From positions 18,166,001-18,230,000 of the forward strand of contig NC_042997.1 of assembly GCF_006345805.1 (NCBI RefSeq): a stretch of 64,000 bases of DNA. Direction: 5' to 3'. A program made the translations under genes and the position numbers. Numbering within the stretch: the stretch's first letter is position 1; every line of letters starts with the position of its first letter. Source of the stretch: Octopus sinensis (taxonomy: Eukaryota). Positions 1-12,200 of this stretch are shown in pieces. Below the pieces are notes generated by a model. The model did no database searches. It was not told where the DNA came from and saw only the letters and a program-made list of their open reading frames with translations.

Positions 1-232
1 GTATGTGTGTATGTATGTATATATCAATGTGTGTGTCTGTGTTTGTTTCCCCATCACTGCTTGACAACTGGCGTTGCTGTATTTACGTCCCCGAAACTTA
101 AGAATTCAGCGAAAGAGACCGATAGAATAAGTACTAGGCTTTAGACTATAAGTCGATTTGTTCGACCAAAACCCTTCAAAGCGTTGATCCAGCATGGCCG
201 CAATCAAATGACCGAAACAAGAATAAAAGAAT
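1..232 (+). mobile_element. 3' half of tRNA-derived SINE family 1
   Basis: Matches 3' part of the full copy at 21321-21710 (gagaccgatagaataagtact...gcatggccgca.tcaaatgac.gaaacaag). Confidence 0.8.
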
Positions 233-239
233 ATATATA

Positions 240-600
240 TAAAGTTAATTAGAGGATATATTAACCTCGTAAAGGGGTGGTTACATCCAAGGAAGTACTG
301 GTTCAATACCTAGTATTATCGGGGAATTAAATTCCCCTTAAAACAATAGGTATATGTTAAACTGAATTAGGTATATATGTCTGCTGAAATGAACTAATAG
401 GTCTGCATATAACATCTCAATGTATATCTTTTTCTCTGATGAAAATATGCTTATGTCACACAAGTGCAAATTTAATGTACAAATTTGTAATTGAATTATT
501 GAGTATTAATTGAAACGGCTGTAGGAAATAAAGATGACCAATTTGTTAATAATAAATAATTATTAATTTCTTACTCTCCATTTTCTTTTTTCATTTAACT
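240..600 (+). mobile_element. PLE-derived pLTR-like fragment with type I hammerhead motif
   Basis: CTGATGA at 436, GAAAC-ggct-GTA at 512-523; stem I atctttttct pairs with ggaaa(ta)aagat; follows a short (TA)n run. Confidence 0.55.
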
Positions 601-1312
601 GGATATAAACAATGTGTGTGTGTGTGTGTGCGTGTAGCTGAGGTTTCTTCACAGTTACTGTTTACTACTCAGATGTAAATAGTCAACACGATGAAGGACT
701 TTCCAAGGGACCATGCCGTAAGAGTGAATAAAAGGCTACGTAGTTACAATGCAAAACTTATAAGTATACAGTCATGCCTCCTCCTAGAAATATATATGAT
801 GTTTATCAGTTTAGCCCACGTATTGAAAAGAACGTAACCCACTATGTTTTCTTCCCAAAATATAGATAAAAGTTAACCAAACTATCCAACTATATTTGGA
901 AACAATGAATGCGGAACTAAATTCAATATCCACTGGAAACTTGTTAAACAACGTAAGCTGCATCCGATTTACGTCTGATCCGAGATTTTCAATGAATGCG
1001 CACATTTTAAGAAGTTACTTTTAGCAACCTAATATAACACAAGGCGATTAGATTAAGTGGATTTATTATAGTGTGACATCGTATGAAGGCATATACACGC
1101 TAACACAATTCCTTTAAATTTATTTAAACTTTTCAATATTTTGAATTCCACTCGTACACATACATGTGTGTGTGTGCGTATGTTTACATATAGAGGGAAA
1201 GATAGATAGATAGATAGCTAGATGTACAAGCATACATGTGTATACACGCACATACACACACATATATGCTTGTACATCTATCTATCTCTTGATATATAGA
1301 TAGGTGAACATG

Positions 1313-1344
<32 letters not shown>

Positions 1345-1537
1345 CCGGAGTAAACACATAAATGTGAAACAAGGTGGAAAAAAGAGTACTCAAATACCAG
1401 TGGTAGAGTAATATGCTTTATTTAAAGCAGCAGAAAATTCAACAAAACCTGTTACTCTGAGTTTCCCGTTGCCGTTCATCGGCAACGGGAAACTCAGAGT
1501 AACAGGTTTTGTTGAATTTTCTGCCGCTTTAAATAAA

Positions 1538-1538
<1 letters not shown>
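1345..1538 (-). mobile_element. (TA)n-embedded fold-back element (PLE pLTR remnant), copy 1
   Basis: 59-bp inverted arms 1416-1474/1480-1538 (1 mismatch), 5-nt loop, 71-bp unpaired tail; (TA)n on both sides; minus strand reads CCGATGA-acggcaacgg-GAAAC-tcaga-GTA. Confidence 0.75.
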
Positions 1539-1605
<67 letters not shown>

Positions 1606-2052
1606 ATGTTCATCTATCTATATATCAACTCCCCCCTATCTCCCTCTGTGTGTACAAATACACACACACATGTACAAATGGAAGTCAAAATTATCTGCAT
1701 TTTCGACAATATTTTCTTTAGTTTGGCCGCACTGCCTTCAGCGCTCGCATGATAAAAGGTGTTCTCTTATAGTTAGATAACCGTTGTTTGATCTTTCATC
1801 ACTCCAGTTTTCATTCTTGTGCTACAGAGAAAACATAGCATCTCCACTGGCAGTGAGCACAAAGGAAGAACAAAAATCGGAGATCCGGTTTCTCTCCTCT
1901 GAAGATGTCTCAGGGGCTGAAATTCCTCGTAGGTTTTCAGAACAGAAACCAACTACAGAAGAAATTCACGGTGGTGCTCCAGTATGATCGCAGCGGTATG
2001 GTCACATGACTGAACCATATAAAATATTGTTATATACATATATGTAGACACA

Positions 2053-2200
2053 GCCGTGACAGTGTGGTAAGAAGCTTCCTAATAACATAGTTCGTGTTTA
2101 GTTCCACTGTGTGGCACCTTCGGTTAGTGTACTTCACTATAATCTCGGACCGACCGAAGCCTCGTGAGTGGATTTGGTAGACAGAAACTGAAGGAAACCT
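2053..2200 (+). mobile_element. 5' part of SINE family 1
   Basis: gtgtggtaagaagctt...gtggcacctt...gtgagtggatttggtagac similar to 21321-21470. Confidence 0.7.
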
Positions 2201-2499
2201 GGGTGTACTAGCAAAATCGTCGCGCTCGCAAATTCTTAAAACTTCTTAAAACTAATTAACTAATCGATTTGAAATTTCCCATGTTTTCCAGATAAGACAT
2301 CTGGCCATACTGATACCAGTTTTTGTAAAAACCAGTCAAATACTCACTGAGATATTTAGCTAGAAAGAGAACAGATTGAAATCGTTTTGTGCCAACCTCA
2401 CCATGTTTTCCCAACTGAGCTATGTTGAGAGGGCTAAGATCATCCAAGCCTTCATAATTAAACCAACATTCATTCTCTAGCTTCCGTCTTCAAAGTCCA

Positions 2500-3250
2500 T
2501 TCCAACCGTCAGGAGAATTGTGAACAGGTTTGAGAAAGAGAAAATAGTGGAGTGGAAAATTGGGTCTGGAGGTTATAACCGCAAGAGGGATCATCATTTT
2601 AATCTGGAGCTGAGGAGATCAATCAGAAGAGATCCAACCCAATCCATAAGACGCTTGGCACACGAGAGAGGAGTTTCAGCTATGACAGTTCAAAGAGCGG
2701 TGACGGAAGACTTGAAAATGAAATCGCACGTAAGACCTGTGAGACACCTTGTTACTCCAGGACAAAAGGTTAGAAGGTTGGAGAAGGCAAAGATCATCTT
2801 GAACAAAGTGAAACGTAATCCTGGAGTGAACTTTTACTCAGATGAGAAGAATTTCACCCAAGATACGCACACAAACAGACGCAACGGACATGTACTGGCT
2901 TCAGATCTTCACTAGTGAGCCAAAAATGTCATTTTCAGGTACAAAAAACCATGCTAAGGTGATGTTTTTCTTATGTTTGAGAAGAGTCTGACAAGATGCT
3001 TGTTATGTTCAGGTTTTGAAGGATGTAAAGACCCGGATTCTTTCTGAATATTTTGAGACAAAAGACGAGGGAAACCCCAACAAGATCGTTTTACACACAA
3101 GTGCAATGGCTCAAAAATTTCTCAAGCATGAGTTTAGGAATAGGTTTTAGGACAAGGACACTTGGTTCCCTTCATCACCTGATTTGAACACTTTAGACTT
3201 CAGCATCTGGAACGAACTGGTCAGAAAAGCTTGTGAGAAGCCCCATAGTA
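2500..3250 (+). pseudogene. Degraded Tc1/mariner-superfamily transposase
   Basis: ORF 2520-2915 has HTH-like SIRRLAHERGVSAMTVQRAV and FYSDEKNF (first D); downstream frame WFPSSPDLNTLDFSIW (SPDLNP motif with D, mariner/maT-like); stops and frameshifts. Confidence 0.85.
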
Positions 3251-4878
3251 AATCGAATCATTCTAACCAATCTGTGCCAAAAAGATTGATTGTATTATCC
3301 ACAACGAATAATTTTGCTTCGAGTGTCTCTCCTCGAAATGTGACGTCGATACATGTTTTGCTCATGAAATGTAATTTATCGTCCATTACATCACGCGCGG
3401 TTTTCGTTATTTTAGGTAATCATAATTTACCAACTTTTTCCCCAAATATCTGCATTTATAATCGAGATATCGCTACCTGTATCTAACTGCAATATGGTAT
3501 TCACCTCATTTATTTTTGCGTGCACAAATTTTCTTGTTTTTCCGTCGCAATCACTCTCCTCTGAAAACACCTTAGAACTTTGAGTCTCGTAGTCTTGTTC
3601 AACAATGAGCACTCTGTGTCCAAACTTCTGACAACTATAGCACTTTTTGTTTTTAAAAGGGCAAAATTTTTTTTATAGTGAAGGCCTCCGCAATCATTAT
3701 ACGGATTGAAGCCTGACACTTTTTTGATTGTGCTTCCCGGGACGACACATTTGAATTTTTGCAGAGTCTTTATCTTGTATTTTTTTTTTCACATCATGTT
3801 TAAGATTTACCATAGTCTGACATTCTTCTGCGATGATCTGCAGAGATAAATCCTGATTCGCTTGCTCCATTTTTGAGAGAATCCTTGCTCGAATTTCTCT
3901 ATCTTCAGGTGCTGTAAGTCCTGGCATTTGAACATTTCCTGAATAAGATCCTGGAGTTTGAAATTTTTGCACATACGGTTAACTACTTCGGCGTGGGTTA
4001 TAAAATCCTCCTCCTAATTTTTTGTTGAGTTCCATCACTCCAGTCTGGTGTTGAATAATGAACTTCTATCACAAAAAATTTTTGAAAGCAGTTCCACGGT
4101 TTCTTGGAAATCAATCTCACTCGACTATTTTAGGTAGAATAAAGTTACAGCAACGCTCATGTTCGGCAGGAGCTACCTTGCGTAGTAAAAACCTTACTTT
4201 CTACGCCCCGAACCATGACTTGCACTCGTTTTTAAAACTTTCCTTGTATCTTCTACGCAGGAAACATCACGCTCTCCTCTGGATTATACGTAAATTCAAA
4301 AATTACGTTAGCCACGCCGTCTGGCGTAATCGAGCTTACTGGAATTTCGGACTTTGCCGACTGTAACTCAGTTAATTGTTGTTGTTCTATTTATTTTTGC
4401 AATCCTGTAGTTGTTCCTGTTGCTTCTCTTCTAACTGTACTACTGTGACTAATAGGTTTTGCATGATGCAGAAATTGTCAAATAACCAATGCGAATTTCG
4501 AACGATCCTAGTCGCCAAATGTTATATCCTTATGGATAAACGAATACACTGCAACAGTGTAATAACAATATAATCGAAACAAACGGCAGTAACCACACGG
4601 AACTTAACAACAATCATTTAAGAACCAACAATCCAACACGCTAAGTCGAACTGTGAACTTTGAACTCCAGCTTTGAACTGTCAACAAACGAACTGTGGAA
4701 CTAACACGAACTACCTCACTTCGTCAGACCGCTACTAGTTATATGTAGTGGTTCGGTCCATTCTCGCTAGGAGGCGTCGTACTCTCAAACAACAATATAT
4801 ACGCATACAACAGGAATATTTCCACAAAACAGAGTTAATAATAAGAGTAATTTGAGATAATACATATGAGACATTACA
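3250..4878 (-). mobile_element. 3'-truncated Ty3/Gypsy-type LTR retrotransposon (5' LTR, PBS, gag, protease)
   Basis: Protease motif LQLDTGSDISIIN (ORF 3427-3612); zinc-knuckle remnants near 3600-3710; gag-like PEDREIRARILSKMEQ; LTR and PBS upstream on minus strand. Confidence 0.8.
4520..4878 (-). repeat. 5' LTR (~359 bp) of the Gypsy-type element
   Basis: Minus strand starts TGTAATGTC and ends GATATAACA, immediately followed by PBS-like TTTGGCGACTAGGATCG (4519-4503). Confidence 0.7.
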
Positions 4879-5659
4879 CAGTACACCTGGAGTTTTGCAC
4901 TACCATTCTCTCTTCGATGGAGTTATGCTGAAAAGTGGTTACAGGAAACTCGGAGTAACGACATGTAAAATCTCAGATTTTTATTGTTGCTAGGGCTGTT
5001 TGTATATGTTTGTGTGTATGCATGTCGTATCGACGCCGTATGAGCAGTATCGGTGTTTCAAATGCATCGCAGTATTCCATTCCGTCAGAGTTATGTTGCC
5101 ATTCATCAAAATCGATTTGCTTTTCAGCTCTCAGAAGATCGATAATAAAAGTATCAAATAGAAATTTAATCAAGTAGATCCACTAAAGATGCTGTTCCTG
5201 TCTGGAAAGTTGTATAGTAATACGATTTCGGATATCTCATGACGTCGGGAAATATCTCTCGAGCAGATGACCTGCGTATGATGACTAATTTGGCAAAAAC
5301 TTTTTGAAACCAGGCTTCAAAATGACCATGACTACGAAACTGTTTGACCCAGTTAAGAGAGAGAGAGATCAAATGAATTTTGTACGCGGGTGTCTGACAA
5401 AATGGAAGTCATCTGATACTTTATTTCAGACAGCAAGATGGAATGAAACAAAGTAAACAATTCTCCCCACCCACGCAACCCATTCCCAAAAGCTAAATGT
5501 TTGTCGCAGATTTGAAAGCATGGATCACGAGCAGGTATCCGATTCTTTATTCATTCAGACATCTTTTACATTCCTAAAATATCCATTCATTCATTCATAT
5601 TACAGTGAAAGTGCAATGTTGTAAATTTCATATATTGGAAGTGTTTGTGTAAATTTATA

Positions 5660-5831
5660 TTATATTAATGTGTTCATATCTACACATACATGCATATATA
5701 AGTGTATTTTATATGTGCGCGTGTGTATATATAGATACATGTATGTATATGTATATATGTGTGTGTATATACACAAACACACATATATATATATGCGCAG
5801 TATATATATGTATACATATACATACATATAA

Positions 5832-5893
<62 letters not shown>

Positions 5894-5980
5894 CACATAT
5901 ATATTCATCCATCCATCCATACATACATACATCCTTACATACATACATCCACCCATACATACATACATACATACATATAA
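5660..5980. repeat. (TA)n/(CATA)n compound microsatellite
   Basis: Direct reading; gives YIYIYI pseudo-ORFs. Confidence 0.95.
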
Positions 5981-6279
5981 TGTAGATGTATGTTCTGCAG
6001 AGATTCTCTTTTACAAAAGGAAAACTATAGAATGATCACCACTGAAAGAATTTGTTTTGAAATGGAAAAGTAATGGAACTAATTCTAAAGACAACAGAGA
6101 ACACAATAGTTGTTAATGATGAAGACACTAACAACACCAGTCGATCTAACATTATTTGTAAACATGACTGCTTACACCAATGATCACTAATTAATGCATT
6201 AACAATATGTCTGAACTAAATAAATAATTTTGGTTGGGAATGTTTGAAGGATTGAAAGAATACATTATACGTATACTAA

Positions 6280-6308
6280 CGCACGTATATACGCACATAG
6301 ACACATAG

Positions 6309-6341
<33 letters not shown>

Positions 6342-6394
6342 AATCTATATGTCTGTGTGTATTTATGTACATTTTTATATCTGTCTTTATGTAT

Positions 6395-6425
<31 letters not shown>

Positions 6426-6436
6426 ATACATATATA

Positions 6437-6469
<33 letters not shown>

Positions 6470-6499
6470 GATATATATACATATATATATATATATACA

Positions 6500-6583
<84 letters not shown>

Positions 6584-6780
6584 CATATATATATACATAT
6601 ACATGTATATATATACATATATATATATACATATATATAATATATATATATATATAGATATATATATATATATTATATACATATATATATATATATACAT
6701 ATATTATATATATATATATATATAATATATATATACATAATATATATATATATATGTATATGTGTATATATATATTATAC

Positions 6781-6849
<69 letters not shown>

Positions 6850-7030
6850 GTATATGTGTATATATATATTTATACATATATATATAATATATTATATATA
6901 TATGTATAAATATGTATGTATATGTCTTTGTGCGTATTGCGTATATATATATATAAATATGCATGTATACACACACACACATATACATGTATATATATAC
7001 ACACACGTACGCACACACACACGCACACGA
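6280..7030. repeat. Long interrupted (TA)n microsatellite
   Basis: About 700 bp of interrupted TA repeats. Confidence 0.95.
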
Positions 7031-7153
7031 TACCACAACACATTTGACTGAAATGAACCAAATTATATGGAGCAACTGAGACTTGTGACGCCTGTCCTAG
7101 TCCGATCTTTCTACATCACTGAGGTCAGATTCAGCACTACAGCGTCAGGAACC

Positions 7154-7184
<31 letters not shown>

Positions 7185-7779
7185 AAATCACAGTAATGTT
7201 TACTATATGAAATATTCATTGTGCGCAAGAATTAAGTGGTTTATGTGTTTAGATGTGGCATGATAAACCTCAACCTTTACTATCTTGTCAACGCCTGACT
7301 ACTATATTCTCAACACTACCAATTTGACTGCATTCATTCCCGTAGATGCGTAGTATTGGGCAACGAGACAATCTCCTCCTTCAATAGCTTTTGATCAACT
7401 ATCAAACTCACATTTTCTTCCATTTTGCACCCTGCCCAATTTGATTTTGCTTAAATAGCTTATTTGTAATCTTTATGCTCCATTTATGCTCCATTTACCG
7501 GGTGTTTTCCAGTGCATAATCATATTCGTAAGAGGTAGCGTGTCATGTTACAAATGTTACCCGATCAAATCATGTTATCCTCCGTTTTTTTTTCTTAAAG
7601 AAAGTGATTTCATGGTTCTAAGTCCTTCCAGCAAAATATTTTGCCAACACTCATTCTTTTCGATGTCTGTAAACAGAATCAAAAGGTTCTTTTCCATGCC
7701 ATTTCATTTCATTTCATTTGAGCCTAGGAATCTAATCTTATTTGTTGAATGAAAAAGTTTTCGAAATATACTTATCTTA

Positions 7780-8140
7780 CTTTTACTTGTTTCAGTCATT
7801 AGACGGCGGCCATACTAGGGCACTGCCTTGAAGAATTTTAATCGAACGAATCTACCCCAGAACTTGGTACTTCTTCTATCAGTCTCTTCTGCAGAACCGC
7901 TAAGTTACGGGTTCGTAAACACATCAAAACTGGTTGTCATGCAGTGGTGGAGGACAAACACACACACATATGGATGTGTACACATATGGATGTGTACACA
8001 TATATACGAAGGGAATTTTTCAATTTCCGTCTACCAATTCCACTCAGAAGGCTTTGGTCGGCTCGAGGCTGTAGTAGACTGAGCCTGGAACCATGTGATC
8101 GGGAAGCAAGCTTCTTACCATATCACTACGCCCGCACCTA
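7780..8140 (-). mobile_element. SINE family 1 (internally deleted)
   Basis: Reverse complement matches both ends of 21321-21710. Confidence 0.75.
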
Positions 8141-8650
8141 CGTATTCTCATAAAACATTTTCATGCAACGACTTGTGCAATTGAAACTAAATTTGTTTGA
8201 AAGACAAAAGAATCGAAATTATGTTGGTTGAAAAATATGAAATAGGTCCTGATCGCGAAAACATCAATATCTTTTAAAGGAATAAGTATAATGAATTTCT
8301 AAATCCAAGTGTATTTGACCACTGAGTAATCGCATCAGCAGTCACGGGTTTCTGCATTCGATCAGCAGTTACAGTTCATTAATTTTCTCTGAAAAATAAG
8401 AGTAAAGTGTGTCAAACCACCACTCTCCGAGCAAAATAATCTCTACTATTTATGTCATTGCATTAAATTGTTATTACAGAGCTTTGTGACATCGAATTTG
8501 CAAGCAATGCAAGAGGGGAAAGTAAATGATCATAGAAAGATTTTATTACAACAAAAAGGTACTGACTCTCCCAAAATTATAGTTAATGGTTGTTCTAGGC
8601 CTCATGAAAAATAAAAAAAAAATTGTGTAATTCTATATCTCAGAGATAAG

Positions 8651-9447
8651 AAATTTATATTGTGTATATTGTTTATATTAGTCGGACTCGTGTCGTCATC
8701 TTGATAATTACCTACGGGGCATAGCGTAATAGATAAAGACTTTGGTTAATGCATTGCAGTCACTTAGAGGTTCTGAGTTCAATACCAGGCAAGGTACTAA
8801 ATAAATTCACAAAAGATCAACTGAAGCAAAAAATGTCACGAAACGCAAAGAGCAGAATGAGGACAGTGTACCCCTGTGAATCAAATAAAGGGCAAGGTTC
8901 GAAATTCCGATACACCAACCGAGTTCAGCACAAGATACCCGAAGAAGGCTGGAACGTACAACAGCTGAAACATAGTGAAAGCAACTATCAAGATGAAGAC
9001 ACTATTCCGTCTAGTACATGGAAGCACTCCGTCGGTTACGACGACGAGGGTTCCGGTTGATCCGATCAACGGAACAGCCTGCTCGTGAAATTAACGTGTA
9101 AGTGGCTGAGCATTCCACAGACACGTGCACCCTTAACGTAGTTCTCGGGGATATTCTCGGGGATATTCAGCGTGACACAGAGAGTGACAAGGCCGGCCCT
9201 TTGAAATACAGGTACAACAGAAACAGGAAGTAAGAGTGAGAGAAAGCTGTGGTGAAAGAGTACAGCAGGGATCACCACCGTCCCTGCCGGAACCTCATGG
9301 GGATTTAGGTGTTTTCGCTTAATAAACACTTACAACGCCCGGTCTGGGAATCGAAACCGCGATCCTACGACCGCGAGTCCGCTGCCCTAACCACTGGGCC
9401 ATTGCGCCTCCACTCCGACTAGTACAAACAGTATACAAAATAAACTT
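8651..9447 (+). mobile_element. Inverted-repeat element with tRNA-like segment and hammerhead-like remnant, interrupted by a SINE
   Basis: Left arm 8651-8709 is the reverse complement of 8984-9010 joined to 9414-9447; CCGAAGA-aggctg...cagct-GAAAC at 8939-8971. Confidence 0.55.
9019..9413 (-). mobile_element. Full-length tRNA-derived SINE family 2
   Basis: A/B-box-like head tggcccagtggttagg/gtttcgattccc; near-identical to 47879-48266; 13-bp TSD tccg(t/a)ctagtaca at 9006-9018 and 9414-9426. Confidence 0.9.
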
Positions 9448-9865
9448 GTGTGTGTGTATGTGTGTGTGTGTGTTTGGGTGCGCGTGTGCCTGCGTGTGTG
9501 CGCGTTTCGGTATCAATAATCAATAATTGTGTTAATAATGTCTTTGGTAAACATCGTCGTTTACAACAGCTGCCATGTCAAAAAGCAACTTAGTAACTTC
9601 TACGATTTCATTTTTAGGTTATGTCCAAGGATGCTCATAGTGTAATGTCTTCAAAATGAATTTGAACTGTCGTATTGTACTATACAAATAGAAAGATTTG
9701 ATGTTTTCTTCGAGGTATTGCGCACAATCTTGGCAGTAAATAAACTTTTCCTCTTCGTGAACGTTTATTAGCATTACATTTATTATATAAATAAATATTT
9801 ATATAAAAAGCATTACAGATATCCTGAAAAGAAATTTCATTTCATAGTTTCTTGTTATTTTAAAG

Positions 9866-9894
<29 letters not shown>

Positions 9895-9897
<3 letters not shown>

Positions 9898-10419
9898 ATA
9901 TTTATAAAACTGTAGTTGTGTGAGTGTCTGTCCCCTTCGATTTAGATTCCTAACTACTCCCACATTTTGCGGTGCAGTTTAACCAAATTCGGGTATCTTA
10001 TAGTCGTGATTCATATCGAGCCCGTCTGAGTATTAGCGCGCGTCTACGATGAGTCTACGATTTTAAAAATAATTTAACATCATTTTTTATTCCATTTTAA
10101 CGCATATTTTTTCGTGTGTCGATGGCGGCGGAGTTGGCGTCCATGGTCATACCTGCACCTGTGTTGCTTCTCCCCCTTCTTCCCTCCCTCGTGAAGCTGT
10201 GGGGAAGGGAGTGTAAGGAAATCAACGTCGTAAAGCATTGTCAAGGAGACCAGCATTCTTTTAGAACAACGACTTCATGGCTTGAAGACACCAAAATTAC
10301 CATCATTTTTTATTCCATTTTTAATGCATTTTTTTGCTATTTTTTTGCTATAACTCACTAAAAATGCTTATATAGTTATTTCCCTTACAAACTCGAGCAA
10401 CGCCGGGCGATACTGCTAG
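9895..10419 (+). mobile_element. Non-autonomous Helitron-type element
   Basis: 5' TC, 3' CTAG preceded by GC-rich hairpin-like ctcgagcaacgccggg; inserted between A and T in (TA)n, no TSD. Confidence 0.7.
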
Positions 10420-10430
10420 TATATATATAT

Positions 10431-10812
10431 GAGTTAAGTTAGAGGTCATAACAACCGTCTAAGGGATACTAGTATCCAATGAATCCACTAGTCGATCGAA
10501 AGTTTCCCAGTGGGTCAGCATGTAGCATGAATTGATTATCACGGTTCTCACTTTCTTCTGTTTCTTTTTCTTTTTACTTTTATTATATTTACTTTTCCAC
10601 TCTGATGAAGTTCCGTGATTCAAATGAGCATAATGAAATACTTAAAATGATAACTATTATTATTTTAATAGTGGTGGTTAAGCCTGGGAATCCCGCTAAC
10701 GGAAACAGCTGTTAAGTTGAGATTCTGTCTTTATGTAATTAATTAATAAATGATAATTCATGTAAATCAATTGTTATTCATCAATTTTATCTCCATTTTC
10801 TGCTTTCCTTGT
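10431..10812 (+). mobile_element. (TA)n-embedded PLE pLTR-like fragment with degenerate hammerhead
   Basis: CTGATGA at 10602, GAAAC-agct-GTT at 10702-10713; TA runs on both sides; 3' end motif aattttatctccatttt resembles the element at 240-600. Confidence 0.5.
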
Positions 10813-10857
10813 ATATATATATATAATAATATATATATATATATCTATATATATATA

Positions 10858-10900
<43 letters not shown>

Positions 10901-11442
10901 GGTGTGTGTGTGTTTGTGTGTGTTAGTGAGTGTGTGTGTGTGTGTGTGAGTGTATAAGTATGTATGTATGTATGTATGTATGTATGTATGTATATGTGTG
11001 TGTGTATGTGTGTGTGTGTATGTGTGTGTGTGTAAAATGGCGGATCTGGAAGCAAATAAAACTATAAAGATAACATGCAAATATTAGATTAAAAGCCCTA
11101 GGCTAGAATATGTTGAAGGCTGTCTGTGAGACTGAACCCACATTTCCTTTATTTGCGCAGAGGTCCAGCATTCCAAAAAAAAGCAAAAACAAAAAAAAAA
11201 CAAACAAAGAACTATTTCACGTTTTCATGAAGTTTATCAATTGTTAAAACGTCAACAACATACAATTCTTGCTATTTCTAAAATAGATAGAGACATTTCA
11301 AGGATTGCCTTGCTCCAGTGGTAGAACGCCTGACCTGTTTACAGGAGACATGGGTTGAGTAACCCGGGAAACTTTCACCTTTTTTTTATCCACGGACTTT
11401 TAACCCAATATTTGCACGCAGTTATTTATTTCTCTATTTACT

Positions 11443-11480
<38 letters not shown>

Positions 11481-11559
11481 GTATATATATATATATATAT
11501 GTATGTATAGATTTATATGTACACATACATAGGTATGTGTATGTGAGTGAGAGAGAGAA

Positions 11560-11612
<53 letters not shown>

Positions 11613-12004
11613 GCTGTTTTTTTCAGTACCATTTATACCACGCAACCTTTTCAAGCCAACGACACGAAGTGTTATGGTTTTTTAATTAAGCATGTATTTC
11701 TTTTATAAGGGAAGAACAATGCTAATTTTATTCATTAAGAATGATACTCGAAAAAGTACACAAACTTTTAATACTAAAAATCGAAACGCTATTGTTTTAT
11801 TTATTCAGCCATGAGGTATTTTAGAAAGAATTTAGGAACACGCATGAAGCATGAGTTTAATAGATGAATTTCTTTTACGGTTCTCTTCAAGGCATTTTTG
11901 CAGGAAGTGAAATTAAAGCCAAGAATTTATAGCAGATTTTCTTTGTAAAATCTTAGCAAAATACCCGGTCTTGTAATTTGCGTGTTTGTATGTGTCTTAT
12001 CGTT

Positions 12005-12200
12005 CAAAGCCAGCGATTCTGAGGGTTGGGGGGACGAATCAATTACATCAATTCCAGGGCCTGACTGGTATCCTATTTTATCGATCCCGAAAGGAGGAAA
12101 GAAAAACTTGACCTCGGCAGGATTTGAACTCTGAATGTAAAAAGCTAAAAGAAATGCTACAAACGATTTTGTCCGACACGCTAAGGTTCCTACCAGCTGG
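12005..12200 (-). mobile_element. SINE family 3 (diverged)
   Basis: Reverse complement resembles 23447-23660 (gagttcaaatcc...gatcgataaaatagg.taccagt). Confidence 0.65.

Noticed and set aside
5660-7075. Many ORFs rich in YIYI/HTHT/CVCV here and elsewhere
   Set aside because: Translations of (TA)n/(CA)n microsatellites with no coding signal.
9066-9329. ORF recurring at 37790 and 48012 (PAVLFHH...FQRAGLVTLC)
   Set aside because: Read-through of SINE family 2, not a gene family.
11305-11380. tRNA-like sequence
   Set aside because: Degenerate A/B boxes and no full cloverleaf; likely a SINE head relic.
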